Positions 38,475-47,306 of a stretch of 64,000 nt of DNA are shown piece after piece (the stretch's first letter is position 1; the number at the start of each line of letters is the position of its first letter). The DNA lies in the NCBI GenBank assembly GCA_963745745.1, contig CAVUYS010000017.1:17734-81733 (forward strand), given 5' to 3'. The position numbers were made by a program, and so were the translations under genes. The DNA is from an uncultured Spirochaetota bacterium (GTDB lineage: Bacteria; Spirochaetota; Spirochaetia; SZUA-6; DRHE01). The notes under the pieces were generated by a model. It was not told the DNA's origin, searched no databases, and saw nothing but the letters and a program-made list of their open reading frames with translations.

Positions 38475-40560
38475 GCGGGCGCTGGACCGCCTGTTTTACC
38501 CGCGGACCGTGGCCGTTTTCGGTTCGGTCAAGGAAGGCAAGATCGCCCACCAGATCGTCACCCAGATGGTGCGGGCGGGCTACGCCGGCCGCCTGGTGGC
38601 GGTGAATCCCAAGGCCGATTCTCCCGATGGCTTTCCCCAGGTGGCGGCCTTCGCCGGCGCGCGTTCGATTGGAGGCATCGACCTGGCCGTGCTGGCGCTG
38701 CCTGCCCAGTTCGCCGAGGACGCCGTGCGCGAGGCCGGCGCCGCCGGGGCGCCGGTGGCCGTGGTGATCACCTCCGGCTTCGCCGAGGCGGGAAACGCGG
38801 AAGGCGAGCGGCGCCTCCTGGCGGCGGCCCGGGAGGCCGGCGTGCGCCTGATCGGGCCCAACTGCGCGGGCATCATGAACACGGCCAACCGCCTGTCGGC
38901 CAGCATCGAGCCGCGGGCCCTGCCGGGGCGGGTGTCCTTCCTCACCCAGAGCGGGGCGGTGGGCGGCGCCGTGCTGGGCCTGGCCGCTGAGCGCGGCATC
39001 GGCTTCGCCAAGTTCGTGAGCTACGGCAACCGGGCCGACCTGGGCGAGCCGGAGCTGCTGGAATACCTGGCCGCGGACCCGGAGACCGGGGTGATCGCCC
39101 TGTACCTGGAATCCGTGGCCGACGGTCAGCGCCTGCTGCCGGTCCTGGCCGCGGCGGCGGCGGCCAAGCCCGTGGTGGCCATCAAGGCCGGGCGCACGAC
39201 CGCCGGGCGGCGCGCGGCCGGCTCGCACACCGGCTCCCTGGCCGGCGCCGACGAGGTGTTCGCCGCCGCCTTCCGCCGGGCCGGGGTGATCCGCGCCGCG
39301 GGCGTGGAGGAGATGCTGGACCTCTGCGACGCCTTCGCCCACCTCCCCGTCCCCGCCGGGCGGAAGGTGGCCATCGTGACCAACTCCGGAGGACCGGGGA
39401 TCCTGGCGGCCGACCGCGCCGAGGAGCTGGGCCTGGAGCCGGCCGAGCCGTCCCCGGAGCTGCGGGCCGGGCTGCGCAGCTTCCTTTCCGAGCGCTGCGC
39501 CCTGGGCAATCCCGTGGACCTGACCGTGGAAGGCACGGGCGCCAACTACGAGCGGGTCCTGCGCCTGCTGCTGGAAGGCGGCTATGACGCGGCCATCGCC
39601 GTCAACGTGGCCACCCCCTTCCTGGACTCGCTGGAGCTGGCCCGCGGGGTGATCGCCGCGCGCGACGCGGTGCCCGGCAAGCCGATCGCCGCCGTGTTCG
39701 CGGCGGGCCAGGTGGTGGCCGAGGCCGTGGGACTGCTGCAGCGGGCCGGCATCCCCTGTTTCCCCAGCGGGGAGCGCGCGGCCCTGGCCCTGGCCCGCCT
39801 GCGCGAGCGCCAGGAGCTGCGGGCCGCCGCGCGGCGCGCGCCGCGAGGGCCGCTCCCCGATCCGCGCCCACTGCCCTGGCCTTCACCGCCGACGGAGCCG
39901 GCCGGCGGCCCCGTCCCCGAGCCGGAGGGCTGGGCGTTCCTCGGCGGGCTGGGCCTGCCGCTGCCCGCCTACCGCTGGTGCCGCACGGCGGAGGAAGCGG
40001 CCCAGGCCTGCGGACAGCTGCCCTCTCCCCTGGTGCTGAAGGTCGTCTCCGCCCAGGTCGTGCACAAGAGCGAGCGGGGCGGGGTCATGCTGAACCTGCA
40101 GGATGCGGCCGCGGTGGGCCGGGCTTTCGCCGAGCTGGCCGGGCGTTTCGCCGGCTCCTCCTTCCGCGGGGGGCTGCTGGCCGAACAGGTGGCCGGCGGC
40201 CTGGAGGTGATCGTCGGCCTCAAGCGCGACCCTTCCTTCGGTCCCGTGATCCTGGCCGGCCTGGGCGGGGTGTGGACCGAGCTGCTGCACGATGCGGCGG
40301 TGCGGCTGGCCCCGGTGGACGAGGCGGAGGCGCTGGAAATGCTGGACGGCCTGAAGTCCGCCCCGCTCCTGAGCGGCTACCGCGGCTCCCCGCCGCGCGA
40401 CCGGCGGGCCCTGGCCGCGCTGATCGCCCGGGTTTCCCTGCTGGCCGTGGAGTACCCGGACATCGCTGAGTTGGACCTGAACCCGGTGCTGGTGCTTCCG
40501 GAAGGCCGGGGCGCCCGCATCGTCGACGTGCGGCTGGTGGCAGGCGAAGCGGTGCGCTGA
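38458..40560 (+). CDS. ADP-forming acyl-CoA synthetase (acetate--CoA ligase [ADP-forming] family: CoA-binding + succinyl-CoA-synthetase-like + ATP-grasp domains)
   Basis: ..FYPRTVAVFGSVKEGKIAHQI.., ..GPNCAGIMN.., ..SQSGAVGG.., C-terminal ATP-grasp ..LVLKVVSAQVVHKSERGGVMLNL..; 700 aa. Confidence 0.8.
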   Translation: MPAGVKRALDRLFYPRTVAVFGSVKEGKIAHQIVTQMVRAGYAGRLVAVNPKADSPDGFPQVAAFAGARSIGGIDLAVLALPAQFAEDAVREAGAAGAPVAVVITSGFAEAGNAEGERRLLAAAREAGVRLIGPNCAGIMNTANRLSASIEPRALPGRVSFLTQSGAVGGAVLGLAAERGIGFAKFVSYGNRADLGEPELLEYLAADPETGVIALYLESVADGQRLLPVLAAAAAAKPVVAIKAGRTTAGRRAAGSHTGSLAGADEVFAAAFRRAGVIRAAGVEEMLDLCDAFAHLPVPAGRKVAIVTNSGGPGILAADRAEELGLEPAEPSPELRAGLRSFLSERCALGNPVDLTVEGTGANYERVLRLLLEGGYDAAIAVNVATPFLDSLELARGVIAARDAVPGKPIAAVFAAGQVVAEAVGLLQRAGIPCFPSGERAALALARLRERQELRAAARRAPRGPLPDPRPLPWPSPPTEPAGGPVPEPEGWAFLGGLGLPLPAYRWCRTAEEAAQACGQLPSPLVLKVVSAQVVHKSERGGVMLNLQDAAAVGRAFAELAGRFAGSSFRGGLLAEQVAGGLEVIVGLKRDPSFGPVILAGLGGVWTELLHDAAVRLAPVDEAEALEMLDGLKSAPLLSGYRGSPPRDRRALAALIARVSLLAVEYPDIAELDLNPVLVLPEGRGARIVDVRLVAGEAVR

Positions 40561-40579
40561 GGGCCTCCTGCGATTTGAT

Positions 40580-40610
40580 TTGACAGGCAAGTATTTTCTT
40601 GCCTATATTC
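40580..40610 (+). promoter_or_regulatory. Promoter TTGACA-18-TATATT with embedded inverted repeat ggcaag-tatttt-cttgcc (likely ArsR autoregulatory operator)
   Basis: Read directly, 2 nt upstream of the ArsR ATG at 40612. Confidence 0.45.
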
Positions 40611-40611
40611 C

Positions 40612-40901
40612 ATGGTGGACATGGACAAGGTGTTCAAGGCTCTCGCCGACCCGACCCGCAGGCGTCTGCTGGACAGCCTGTCGGGCCACGGCGGCCAGAC
40701 CCTGGGAGGCCTTTGCCGGAACACGGAGATGACCCGACAGGCGGTAACGCAGCACCTCAGGCGCCTGGAGGACGCCAACCTCGTGGCGACAATCCGCCGG
40801 GGCCGTGAGAAGCTGTCACTATCTGAACCCGGTCCCACTGCACGAGATCTACGAGCGCTGGATCCGGAAGTACGAGCGGCAGCACCTTGAGCGCCTTGCA
40901 T
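40612..40901 (+). CDS. ArsR/SmtB-family HTH transcriptional regulator; frameshift near 40819
   Basis: MVDMDKVFKALADPTRRRLLDSLSGHGGQTLGGLCRNTEMTRQAVTQHLRRLEDANLV. The C-terminus resumes in another frame as ..LYYLNPVPLHEIYERWIRKYERQHLERLA*. Confidence 0.7.
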
Positions 40902-40932
40902 GAGCTCAAGAAAACACTGGAAGGAGATCCTC

Positions 40933-41376
40933 ATGGCCAAGCCTGATTTCGTATACGTGACCTATATCTCCGCCTCGCCGGAAAAGGTCTGGAAGGCGAT
41001 CGTCGACCCTCAGACGGCGGCCAAGTACTGGCAGCACGTGAACCTGTCCGAATGGACGCCCGGCTCCAGGTGGGAGCACCGGGAGAACGACAGCAAGGGC
41101 AAACTGCGCCTGGTCGGCAGGGTGGTCGAGAGCTCGCCCCCCCGGCGCCTGGTCCTGACCTGGGCCGCTCCGGCCGACGAAGCGGATGAGCGGAAACACT
41201 CGCGGCTGACCCTCGAGCTGCAACCGTTCGGCGAGGTGGTGCGCCTGACGGTGACGCACGACCGCTTCGAGCCCGGCTCCGAGATGCTGGAAAGCATCAA
41301 GGAAGGCTGGCCCAAGGTCCTCGCGAGCCTCAAGTCCCTGCTGGAGACCGGAAAGCCGCTGCCCAGCCTGTGGTAG
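40933..41376 (+). CDS. SRPBCC-superfamily protein (AHSA1 / activator-of-Hsp90-ATPase-like), classic ArsR partner
   Basis: MAKPDFVYVTYISASPEKVWKAIVDPQTAAKYW...; RBS ggaaggaga; 147 aa. Confidence 0.75.
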   Translation: MAKPDFVYVTYISASPEKVWKAIVDPQTAAKYWQHVNLSEWTPGSRWEHRENDSKGKLRLVGRVVESSPPRRLVLTWAAPADEADERKHSRLTLELQPFGEVVRLTVTHDRFEPGSEMLESIKEGWPKVLASLKSLLETGKPLPSLW

Positions 41377-41403
41377 GCTGAACGCCGCCGCGCGCCCGGG
41401 GGG

Positions 41404-42516
41404 CTATTTGCCCTTCCCCTCGCGCAGGGCGGCGGCCTCGCTCTCCAGGGCCTGCATCTCCTCCGCCGTGTCCAGCACCTGGAAGTCGATCTTCAGTGGT
41501 GTAGCTGGACTGCCCGGCCAGCATGGGCAGCTCCCCGCGCTCGCGCAGCACGCCGCGGCCCAGGGGCGTGACGTTCCCGGGCTCCAGGCCCAGCACGTAG
41601 AAACCCCGCAGCGGATTCTTCCACACGGTGAAGGCGGGCAGCTCCCGGCGGTCGAAGCGCATCACCAGGCCCAGCGGCGTCCCGTCGCCCGACGTCCGGG
41701 TTGAGCGAGGCCCACGAAGGTGCGCTCCTGGCGGTCCGCGGCCAGCTCCAGGAAGAAGACCTTCTCCTGATAGTCCTGGATCGGCGCGGGAAAGAGCAGG
41801 GCTTCCTCCACTCCCCGCCCCGCGCGGGCCTGCTCGTCCCGGGGCACCACCCCCCGGATCGGCCCCACCACCCGGGCCCCCGGGCCCAGCAGCGGGAAGC
41901 CGAAGTTGCAGTGGTACAGCAGCATCAGCGGCTGCTCGGCGAAGCCGCGGTTCTCCACCACGTCGTGCAGCGAGAAGCCTTTGGCCCCCAGGCGGGTTTC
42001 CAGCCTGCGGGTCAGGGTCATGTTCTCGCCGGCCAGGGCCTGCACCTCGCGCACCCGGCCCTTCAGCCGGATCAGGTACTCCTCCCCCTGCCACTCCTGG
42101 TCGATGGCCAGGTCCTCCGCCCCGGCGTTGGACACGCGCCCGTGCAGGCCGAAGGGGCGGCCCTGGTCCACGGTCGGGTGCCCGGCATTGGTGATGCCGC
42201 AGGTGGTCAGGAACCCGGCGAAGAAGCCGCGCAGCCAGCTGTCCCCGGGCTCGTCGTAGTAGGCGGGGGAGGTGATGCCGGTGCCGGAGAGGAAGCTCAG
42301 GGCCCGCCCGCGGAAGCTCGCTTCGGCGATGTCCATTCCCCTGCCCGGCAGCACGGTGAAGCTCAAGCCTCCTCCGGTGTCCACCCGGACGCCCTTGACC
42401 CCCTCGGCCTTGCCGTCGGCCAGCACGAAGGGCGTGGCCCCCGCCACTTGCGAGGGGTCCCCGATGAGCGAGAGCAGCTCTTCCTTCTTCCAGTTTCTTC
42501 CCAGGTAGCTTGCCAT
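41404..42516 (-). CDS. Aldose-1-epimerase-like (DUF4432-type) family protein; two frameshifts in the C-terminal third (about 41500 and about 41660)
   Basis: ..GITNAGHPTVDQGRPFGLHGRVSNAGAEDLAID.., ..MLLYHCNFGFPLLGPGARV..; the tail resumes as ..RFDRRELPAFTVWKNPLRGFYVLGLEPGN.. and then ..PLKIDFQVLDTAEEMQALESEAAALREGKGK*. Confidence 0.55.
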
Positions 42517-42534
42517 GTTGTTCTCCTGCCGGCG

Positions 42535-42852
42535 CTACTTGAAGTGGGCCAGCGACAGCTCGGTGCGCCCGATGAGGATGGTATCGGTCAGGGTCAGCCG
42601 CAGGTAGCTGCGCGGCGGCACCCGCTGCCCGTTGACCTGGGTGCCGTTGGTGCTGCCCAGGTCCTCCAGGAAGTACTCCTCCCCGATCTTCTGGATCACG
42701 GCGTGCCGGCGGGAGGCCAGCTTGTCCTCCAGGACGATGTCGTTGGCCTTGTCCCGCCCCAGGCGGATCTTGCCCACCAGCGGCACCCTCCGGCCCTGGA
42801 AGACGATGTAGGTGGTGCCGGCGCTGCGCATCTGGGACAGTCGCTTGCCCAC
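42535..42852 (-). CDS. FHA-domain protein (small, stand-alone)
   Basis: ..TYIVFQGRRVPLVGKIRLGRDKANDIVLEDKLASRRHAVIQKIGEEYFLEDLGSTNGTQVNGQRV.. canonical FHA. The listed start is GTG; the frame is open upstream to about 42920 where an ATG+AGGAGG lies one base out of frame. Confidence 0.7.
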   Translation of the reverse strand: MGKRLSQMRSAGTTYIVFQGRRVPLVGKIRLGRDKANDIVLEDKLASRRHAVIQKIGEEYFLEDLGSTNGTQVNGQRVPPRSYLRLTLTDTILIGRTELSLAHFK

Positions 42853-42955
42853 GTTGCTGTCGTAGAAGATGGTCTGGTTCGGGTCGTCGGGTTCCCGCTT
42901 CAGGGCAGTCCTCCTGGCCCCATTGTAGCCCCCCCGGGCTTTAGCGCAACCGGAG

Positions 42956-44521
42956 TCAGGGCGCGGTCCGGCGGTACACCAGCTGGTCGGACAGCACCAC
43001 CTGCTCCCCCTCCAGGTGCTCCAGGCCCTGGTCCAGCAGCACCGAGCCGCGGCTGACCGCCAGCTCCAGCAGGGCGCCCCGGAAACGGACGATGGCCTGC
43101 AGGAGATCGCGCTGCGACTCGGCGAGCTCCTCCTCGGCCTCGTAGACCCGGTGCATGTCGCTGGTCCCGGCCTCCAGGCGGGCCAGCTCCACCTCCAGCA
43201 GCCGCCGCTTCACGGCCGCCACCCGGCGCAGGCTCTCGATGCGGGCCCGCAGCGTGCCGACCCGCCCGAGCAGGGCCTCGATGCTGCGGCACATCTCGTA
43301 CTCCAGGGCCTCCAGGCGCACCTCCGCCAGCCTCTTCTTCAGCCGGGCCGCCTCCAGCTCGTTGCGCTCCCGGATGCCCAGCAGGAAAGGGGCCCGCATC
43401 TCCAGCCCGAGGGACCAGGTGGGAAAGCGCCCGCCCTCCAGCTTCCCCAGGGACTCTTCCGCCGTTTCGCCCAGACCCCGCAGGCCGTAGCTGCCCTTCA
43501 GGACCAGGTCCGGCAGGGCCTGGCTTTTGCGGTATCCCAGCAGCACGGCCTCCAGCCGCAGCTGTTCCCGGCGCATCATGTAGTCGGGCTGGGCGCGCCG
43601 CGCCCACTGGAGGGAGGAGGCCCGTTCGGCCTCCAGGTCGGCGGCCCCCGGAGCATCCGGCACCAGGGGGTCGGCGGCCACGATCCGCAGGTCCTCTGCG
43701 AGCCGCGCCCCGGCCATCAACAGCTTGAGCTGGGTCACCGCCTCCCGGACGGCCTGCCCCGCGTCGGCCCGCCGGGCCTGCCGGAGGGCCAGCTCGGCCT
43801 CCGCCTGCTGGAGGTCCAGCTCCGACATCTTTCCGCCCTGGACCCAGGCCGCGGCGTCGCGGGCCAGGTTGGCGGCAATCTGCAGGGAATCCTCTTCCAT
43901 GGCCAGGGCGGCCTGGGCCAAGGCGAGATTCCAGTAGGCCTGTTCCGCCTTCAGCAGCGTGTCCATCAGCTGCCGGCGGTACTCGTGGAAGGCGATATAG
44001 CGCTCCTGGCGGGCGGCGCGCAGCGGGGCCAGGGACGCCCCGTGGGTCAGCCCCTTCAACAGCGGCTGCTCCCCGGAAACGCCCACGAAGGACTCGAACT
44101 CCCCCTCATCGGCGTAGGAGTTCTCCATCCTCGTCACCGACCCGCCGAGGCGATAGGTTCCCCCGCCCGGCAGCTTGCCCTCCAGGCCCAGGCCGTATTC
44201 GTCGTTGGTCTCGAAGAACTCCAGGGCGCCCAGTTGCAGGACCTGCTGCAGGGAGGTATTCTCCCGCGTCAAAGAGTCCCGGCGGAAGTGGCCGGCCAGG
44301 GCCGGCTCGAAGGAGCCCCACTCGGAACGGGCCAGGCGGTAGCGGATCAGCCACTGCAGATACGCCTCGTCCACCGCCGGCTGGACCCGCACCGCCTCCC
44401 GCAGGAATTCCGCCAGGGTGAGGTTCAGCAGCGGGGCGTTTTCCTGTGCCGGGAGAAGCGCCGCCAGGCTCAGGCAAACGGCCAGCAGCAGGGTTCGAAC
44501 CATGGAAGTCGATGAATGCAT
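42956..44521 (-). CDS. TolC-family outer-membrane channel protein
   Basis: Signal peptide MHSSTSMVRTLLLAVCLSLAALLPAQE, two TolC repeats with coiled coils, about 520 aa. The extended ORF to 44641 overlaps the divergent hlyD start, so the start is placed at 44521. Confidence 0.8.
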   Translation of the reverse strand: MHSSTSMVRTLLLAVCLSLAALLPAQENAPLLNLTLAEFLREAVRVQPAVDEAYLQWLIRYRLARSEWGSFEPALAGHFRRDSLTRENTSLQQVLQLGALEFFETNDEYGLGLEGKLPGGGTYRLGGSVTRMENSYADEGEFESFVGVSGEQPLLKGLTHGASLAPLRAARQERYIAFHEYRRQLMDTLLKAEQAYWNLALAQAALAMEEDSLQIAANLARDAAAWVQGGKMSELDLQQAEAELALRQARRADAGQAVREAVTQLKLLMAGARLAEDLRIVAADPLVPDAPGAADLEAERASSLQWARRAQPDYMMRREQLRLEAVLLGYRKSQALPDLVLKGSYGLRGLGETAEESLGKLEGGRFPTWSLGLEMRAPFLLGIRERNELEAARLKKRLAEVRLEALEYEMCRSIEALLGRVGTLRARIESLRRVAAVKRRLLEVELARLEAGTSDMHRVYEAEEELAESQRDLLQAIVRFRGALLELAVSRGSVLLDQGLEHLEGEQVVLSDQLVYRRTAP

Positions 44522-44612
44522 GGCTGTGGCCATTATAGGGAAATTTCCACGGATGAAAAGCGATTGCATTCCCGAGCGGCCCGGTCTACAGTAGCGCAAC
44601 GATGAGGAAAGC

Positions 44613-45428
44613 ATGAGAGTCCGGCGACGAATCTCCGCCATTTTCTGCTTCCAGCTTCTGCTCCTTTCCGCCGCCTGGGGTCAGGGCCTGGCCCCGAGGG
44701 GGATCACCGAGCCCTGCCGGGACGCCACTTTGAGCGCCACGGTGGCCGGGACCCTGGCGGTCATCCACAAGAAGGAGGGGGAGCCGGTCCGCGCGGGGGA
44801 GGTGATCCTGGAACTGGAGAGGGACCTGGAGAGCATCGAGGTGGAACGGCGCCTGCTGATCGCGGAGAGCAAGGTGGAGCTGGAGGCGGCCCGCCGGCGG
44901 GCGGAACAGCTTGGCCTGGAGCTTCAGGCCACCCGCCGGCTGTACGACTCCACGGGGTCGGTGTCCCGGGAGCAGCTGCAGCAGAAGGAGCTGGAGGCCT
45001 CGCTGGCCGAAGCGGAGCTGGAGCGCCTGGCGATCGCCGAAAAGAGGGAAATGCTGGAGCTGCGCATCGCCGAGGCCCAGCTGCGGCAGCGCTCGATCGC
45101 CTCGCCGTTCGACGGGGTGATCGCCCAGATCATCCCCGAAATCGGGGAGGCCTGCCACCCGCAGCAGCCCCTGGTCCGCGTCGTGGACACCTCCCGCTGC
45201 CGGCTCATCGTCCATCTGGAAGCGGCTGCGGCGCTCCAGTTGGCGGCGGGAAAGCCGGCCCAACTCCGGTTCGACGGGATCCGCCCCCCCAACCTCGTGC
45301 GCGGCGTCGTGGAGCTGGTGTCGCCCGTAGTGGACCCGGCCAGCGGCCTGGTGCAAATCAAGGTGCTGTTCGACAACCCGGAGGGGCGGATCCGCCCCGG
45401 GTTGAGCGGCACCTTGCTCTTGAAGTGA
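44613..45428 (+). CDS. HlyD/membrane-fusion-protein family periplasmic adaptor (short form)
   Basis: Signal/anchor MRVRRRISAIFCFQLLLLSAAWG, biotin-lipoyl hairpin ..TVAGTLAVIHKKEGEPVRAGEVILELE.., coiled coil, beta-barrel ..IASPFDGVIAQI.. Confidence 0.8.
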   Translation: MRVRRRISAIFCFQLLLLSAAWGQGLAPRGITEPCRDATLSATVAGTLAVIHKKEGEPVRAGEVILELERDLESIEVERRLLIAESKVELEAARRRAEQLGLELQATRRLYDSTGSVSREQLQQKELEASLAEAELERLAIAEKREMLELRIAEAQLRQRSIASPFDGVIAQIIPEIGEACHPQQPLVRVVDTSRCRLIVHLEAAAALQLAAGKPAQLRFDGIRPPNLVRGVVELVSPVVDPASGLVQIKVLFDNPEGRIRPGLSGTLLLK

Positions 45429-47296
45429 AAGGTCAGGACGACGTGAAGGCGGATGCCGGGCAGCGGCCGGCGGAACAAGCAGGCTACCTGCAGGCCCTGG
45501 AAGGCCTGCAGAAGCTCCGCTCCTTCGAGGGCGAGCCTGCCCGCTTCTGGCCCCTGTACGCGCATCACCTGGTGATCGCCGCCGGGGCGGCCAGCGGGCT
45601 GATCGCCGTTCGGGAGGAAAGGCCGCAGCCGCACTGGAGGCCTCTGGCGCTGTCCCCCGCCAACCTGAAGGCGGGAGGCGTCTCCGAGGCCATGCTGGCG
45701 GGAGCCGAGGAGCGCCTGCAGGATTGCCTGCGAGAGGGGGCCGCCCGCTGGGAGCAGGCGGGCAACCAGCTGGCCGCGGTGCGCCTGCAGACGGGCGCCG
45801 GTCAGGAGGTCTGCCTGGCGGTGCTCCTGCTGGAAGCCGGCGATCCCTGCCCGCAGCAGGAGGTCCTGCGCCGCCTCGCCCTGGCTGCCGACATCCCGGC
45901 CGCCTACCAGCTCCTGCGCGTGGCCGCGGAATCCAGGACCCGGGTGGAGCAGCTGGCCAGCGTGCTGGACCTGATGGTCCTGCTCAACGCGGAAAAGAAC
46001 CTGCTGCCGGCGGCCATGCGCCTCTGCAACGAGCTGTGCTCCCGCCACCGCTGCGAGCGGGTGAGCCTGGGCTGGCTGGAAGGGGGCTACGTCCGCCTGC
46101 AGGCCATCAGCCACACCGACCAGTTCGACCGCAAGACCGAGGCCGTGCAGCTCCTGGAGGCGGCCATGGAGGAGGCCCTGGACCAGAACGCGGAGATCCT
46201 CTGGCCGCGGAACGACGACGGCGGCACGGTCCGCCGCGACCACCGCAACTTCGCCCGCGGCCAGGACGTCGCCCACCTGTGCTCCCTGCCGCTGCGGGTG
46301 GACGAGCAGGCCGTGGGCGTGCTGACCTGCGAGCGGGCCGCCAGTCCTTTCGCGGAAACGGAGCTGCGCCTCCTGCGCCTGTCCTGCGACCAGGCCGCCC
46401 GGCGCCTGGCGGACCTGAAGCGCAGCGACCGCTGGCTGGGGGCGCGCCTGGCCGCGGAAGCCAGGGAGGCCCTCGGCCGCCTGCTGGGCTTCGAGCACAC
46501 CTGGTTGAAGCTCCTGGCCCTGCTGGCGGCCGCCGGCCTGGGCTTCCTGTTCCTCGGCCGGGTCCCCTACCGGGTCAAGGCCCCGGTCGCCTTGAGGACG
46601 GACGACGTGGCCTACGTCACCGCCCCCTTCGACGGCCACCTCGAGCAGGTGCGCTTCCGGGTAGGCGATGCCGTGCAACAGGGCCAGGAGCTGCTGAGCC
46701 TGGACCGGACCAGCCTGCTCCTGCGGGAGGCGGAGCTGATCGCCGAGCAGAACCGCTACCTGGGCGAGCTGGAGAAGGCCCGGGCTTACGCCGCCACCGC
46801 CGACATGCGCATCACCCAGGCCATGTACGACCAGGCCTTCGCCCGGCACGAGCTGGTGCGCTACCAGCTGGCCCAGGCGGTGGTCCGCTCCCCGCTGTCC
46901 GGGGTGGTCATCGAGGGGGACCTGGCCGAGCGCCTCGGCACGCCCGTGCAGCAGGGCGACCTGTTGTTCAAGCTGGCGCGCATCGAGCGGCTGTACGCGG
47001 AAGTCGAGGTGAAGGAAGCCGACGTGCAGGAGCTCGCGGAGGGAATGGCAGGCAGGATCAGCCTGGCCAGCCGGCCTCAGGAGAGCTGGCCGATCCGCGT
47101 CCTGCGGGTGGAGCCGGCGGCCGTGGCCCGGGAGAAGGGCAACGCCTTCGTCGTGCGCTGCCTCCTGGAGGGCAGCCCGCAATCCTGGTGGCGCCCCGGG
47201 ATGACGGGCATGGCCCGGCTGGAAGCCGGCCGGCGCAAGCCGGTCTGGGTGCTGACCCACCGGACGGTGGATTTCCTGCGCCTGCGGCTCTGGTAG
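45425..47296 (+). CDS. Bitopic protein: about 370-aa cytoplasmic N-terminal domain (tentatively GAF-like, two Cys-containing subdomains) - TM helix - periplasmic HlyD-like adaptor domain
   Basis: GTGA start overlap; TM WLKLLALLAAAGLGFLFLG; HlyD blocks ..VTAPFDGHLEQVRFRVGDAVQQGQELLSLD.., coiled coil, ..VRSPLSGVVIEGDLAERLGTPVQQGDLLFKL.. Confidence 0.65.
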   Translation: MKGQDDVKADAGQRPAEQAGYLQALEGLQKLRSFEGEPARFWPLYAHHLVIAAGAASGLIAVREERPQPHWRPLALSPANLKAGGVSEAMLAGAEERLQDCLREGAARWEQAGNQLAAVRLQTGAGQEVCLAVLLLEAGDPCPQQEVLRRLALAADIPAAYQLLRVAAESRTRVEQLASVLDLMVLLNAEKNLLPAAMRLCNELCSRHRCERVSLGWLEGGYVRLQAISHTDQFDRKTEAVQLLEAAMEEALDQNAEILWPRNDDGGTVRRDHRNFARGQDVAHLCSLPLRVDEQAVGVLTCERAASPFAETELRLLRLSCDQAARRLADLKRSDRWLGARLAAEAREALGRLLGFEHTWLKLLALLAAAGLGFLFLGRVPYRVKAPVALRTDDVAYVTAPFDGHLEQVRFRVGDAVQQGQELLSLDRTSLLLREAELIAEQNRYLGELEKARAYAATADMRITQAMYDQAFARHELVRYQLAQAVVRSPLSGVVIEGDLAERLGTPVQQGDLLFKLARIERLYAEVEVKEADVQELAEGMAGRISLASRPQESWPIRVLRVEPAAVAREKGNAFVVRCLLEGSPQSWWRPGMTGMARLEAGRRKPVWVLTHRTVDFLRLRLW

Positions 47297-47306
47297 CGGG
47301 GACGGG

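Noticed and set aside
41376-41404. GC-rich run (cgccgccgcgcgcccgggggg) between the convergent AHSA1 and aldose-epimerase-like genes as a terminator
   Set aside because: No clear stem-loop with a following T-tract could be drawn. Left unannotated.
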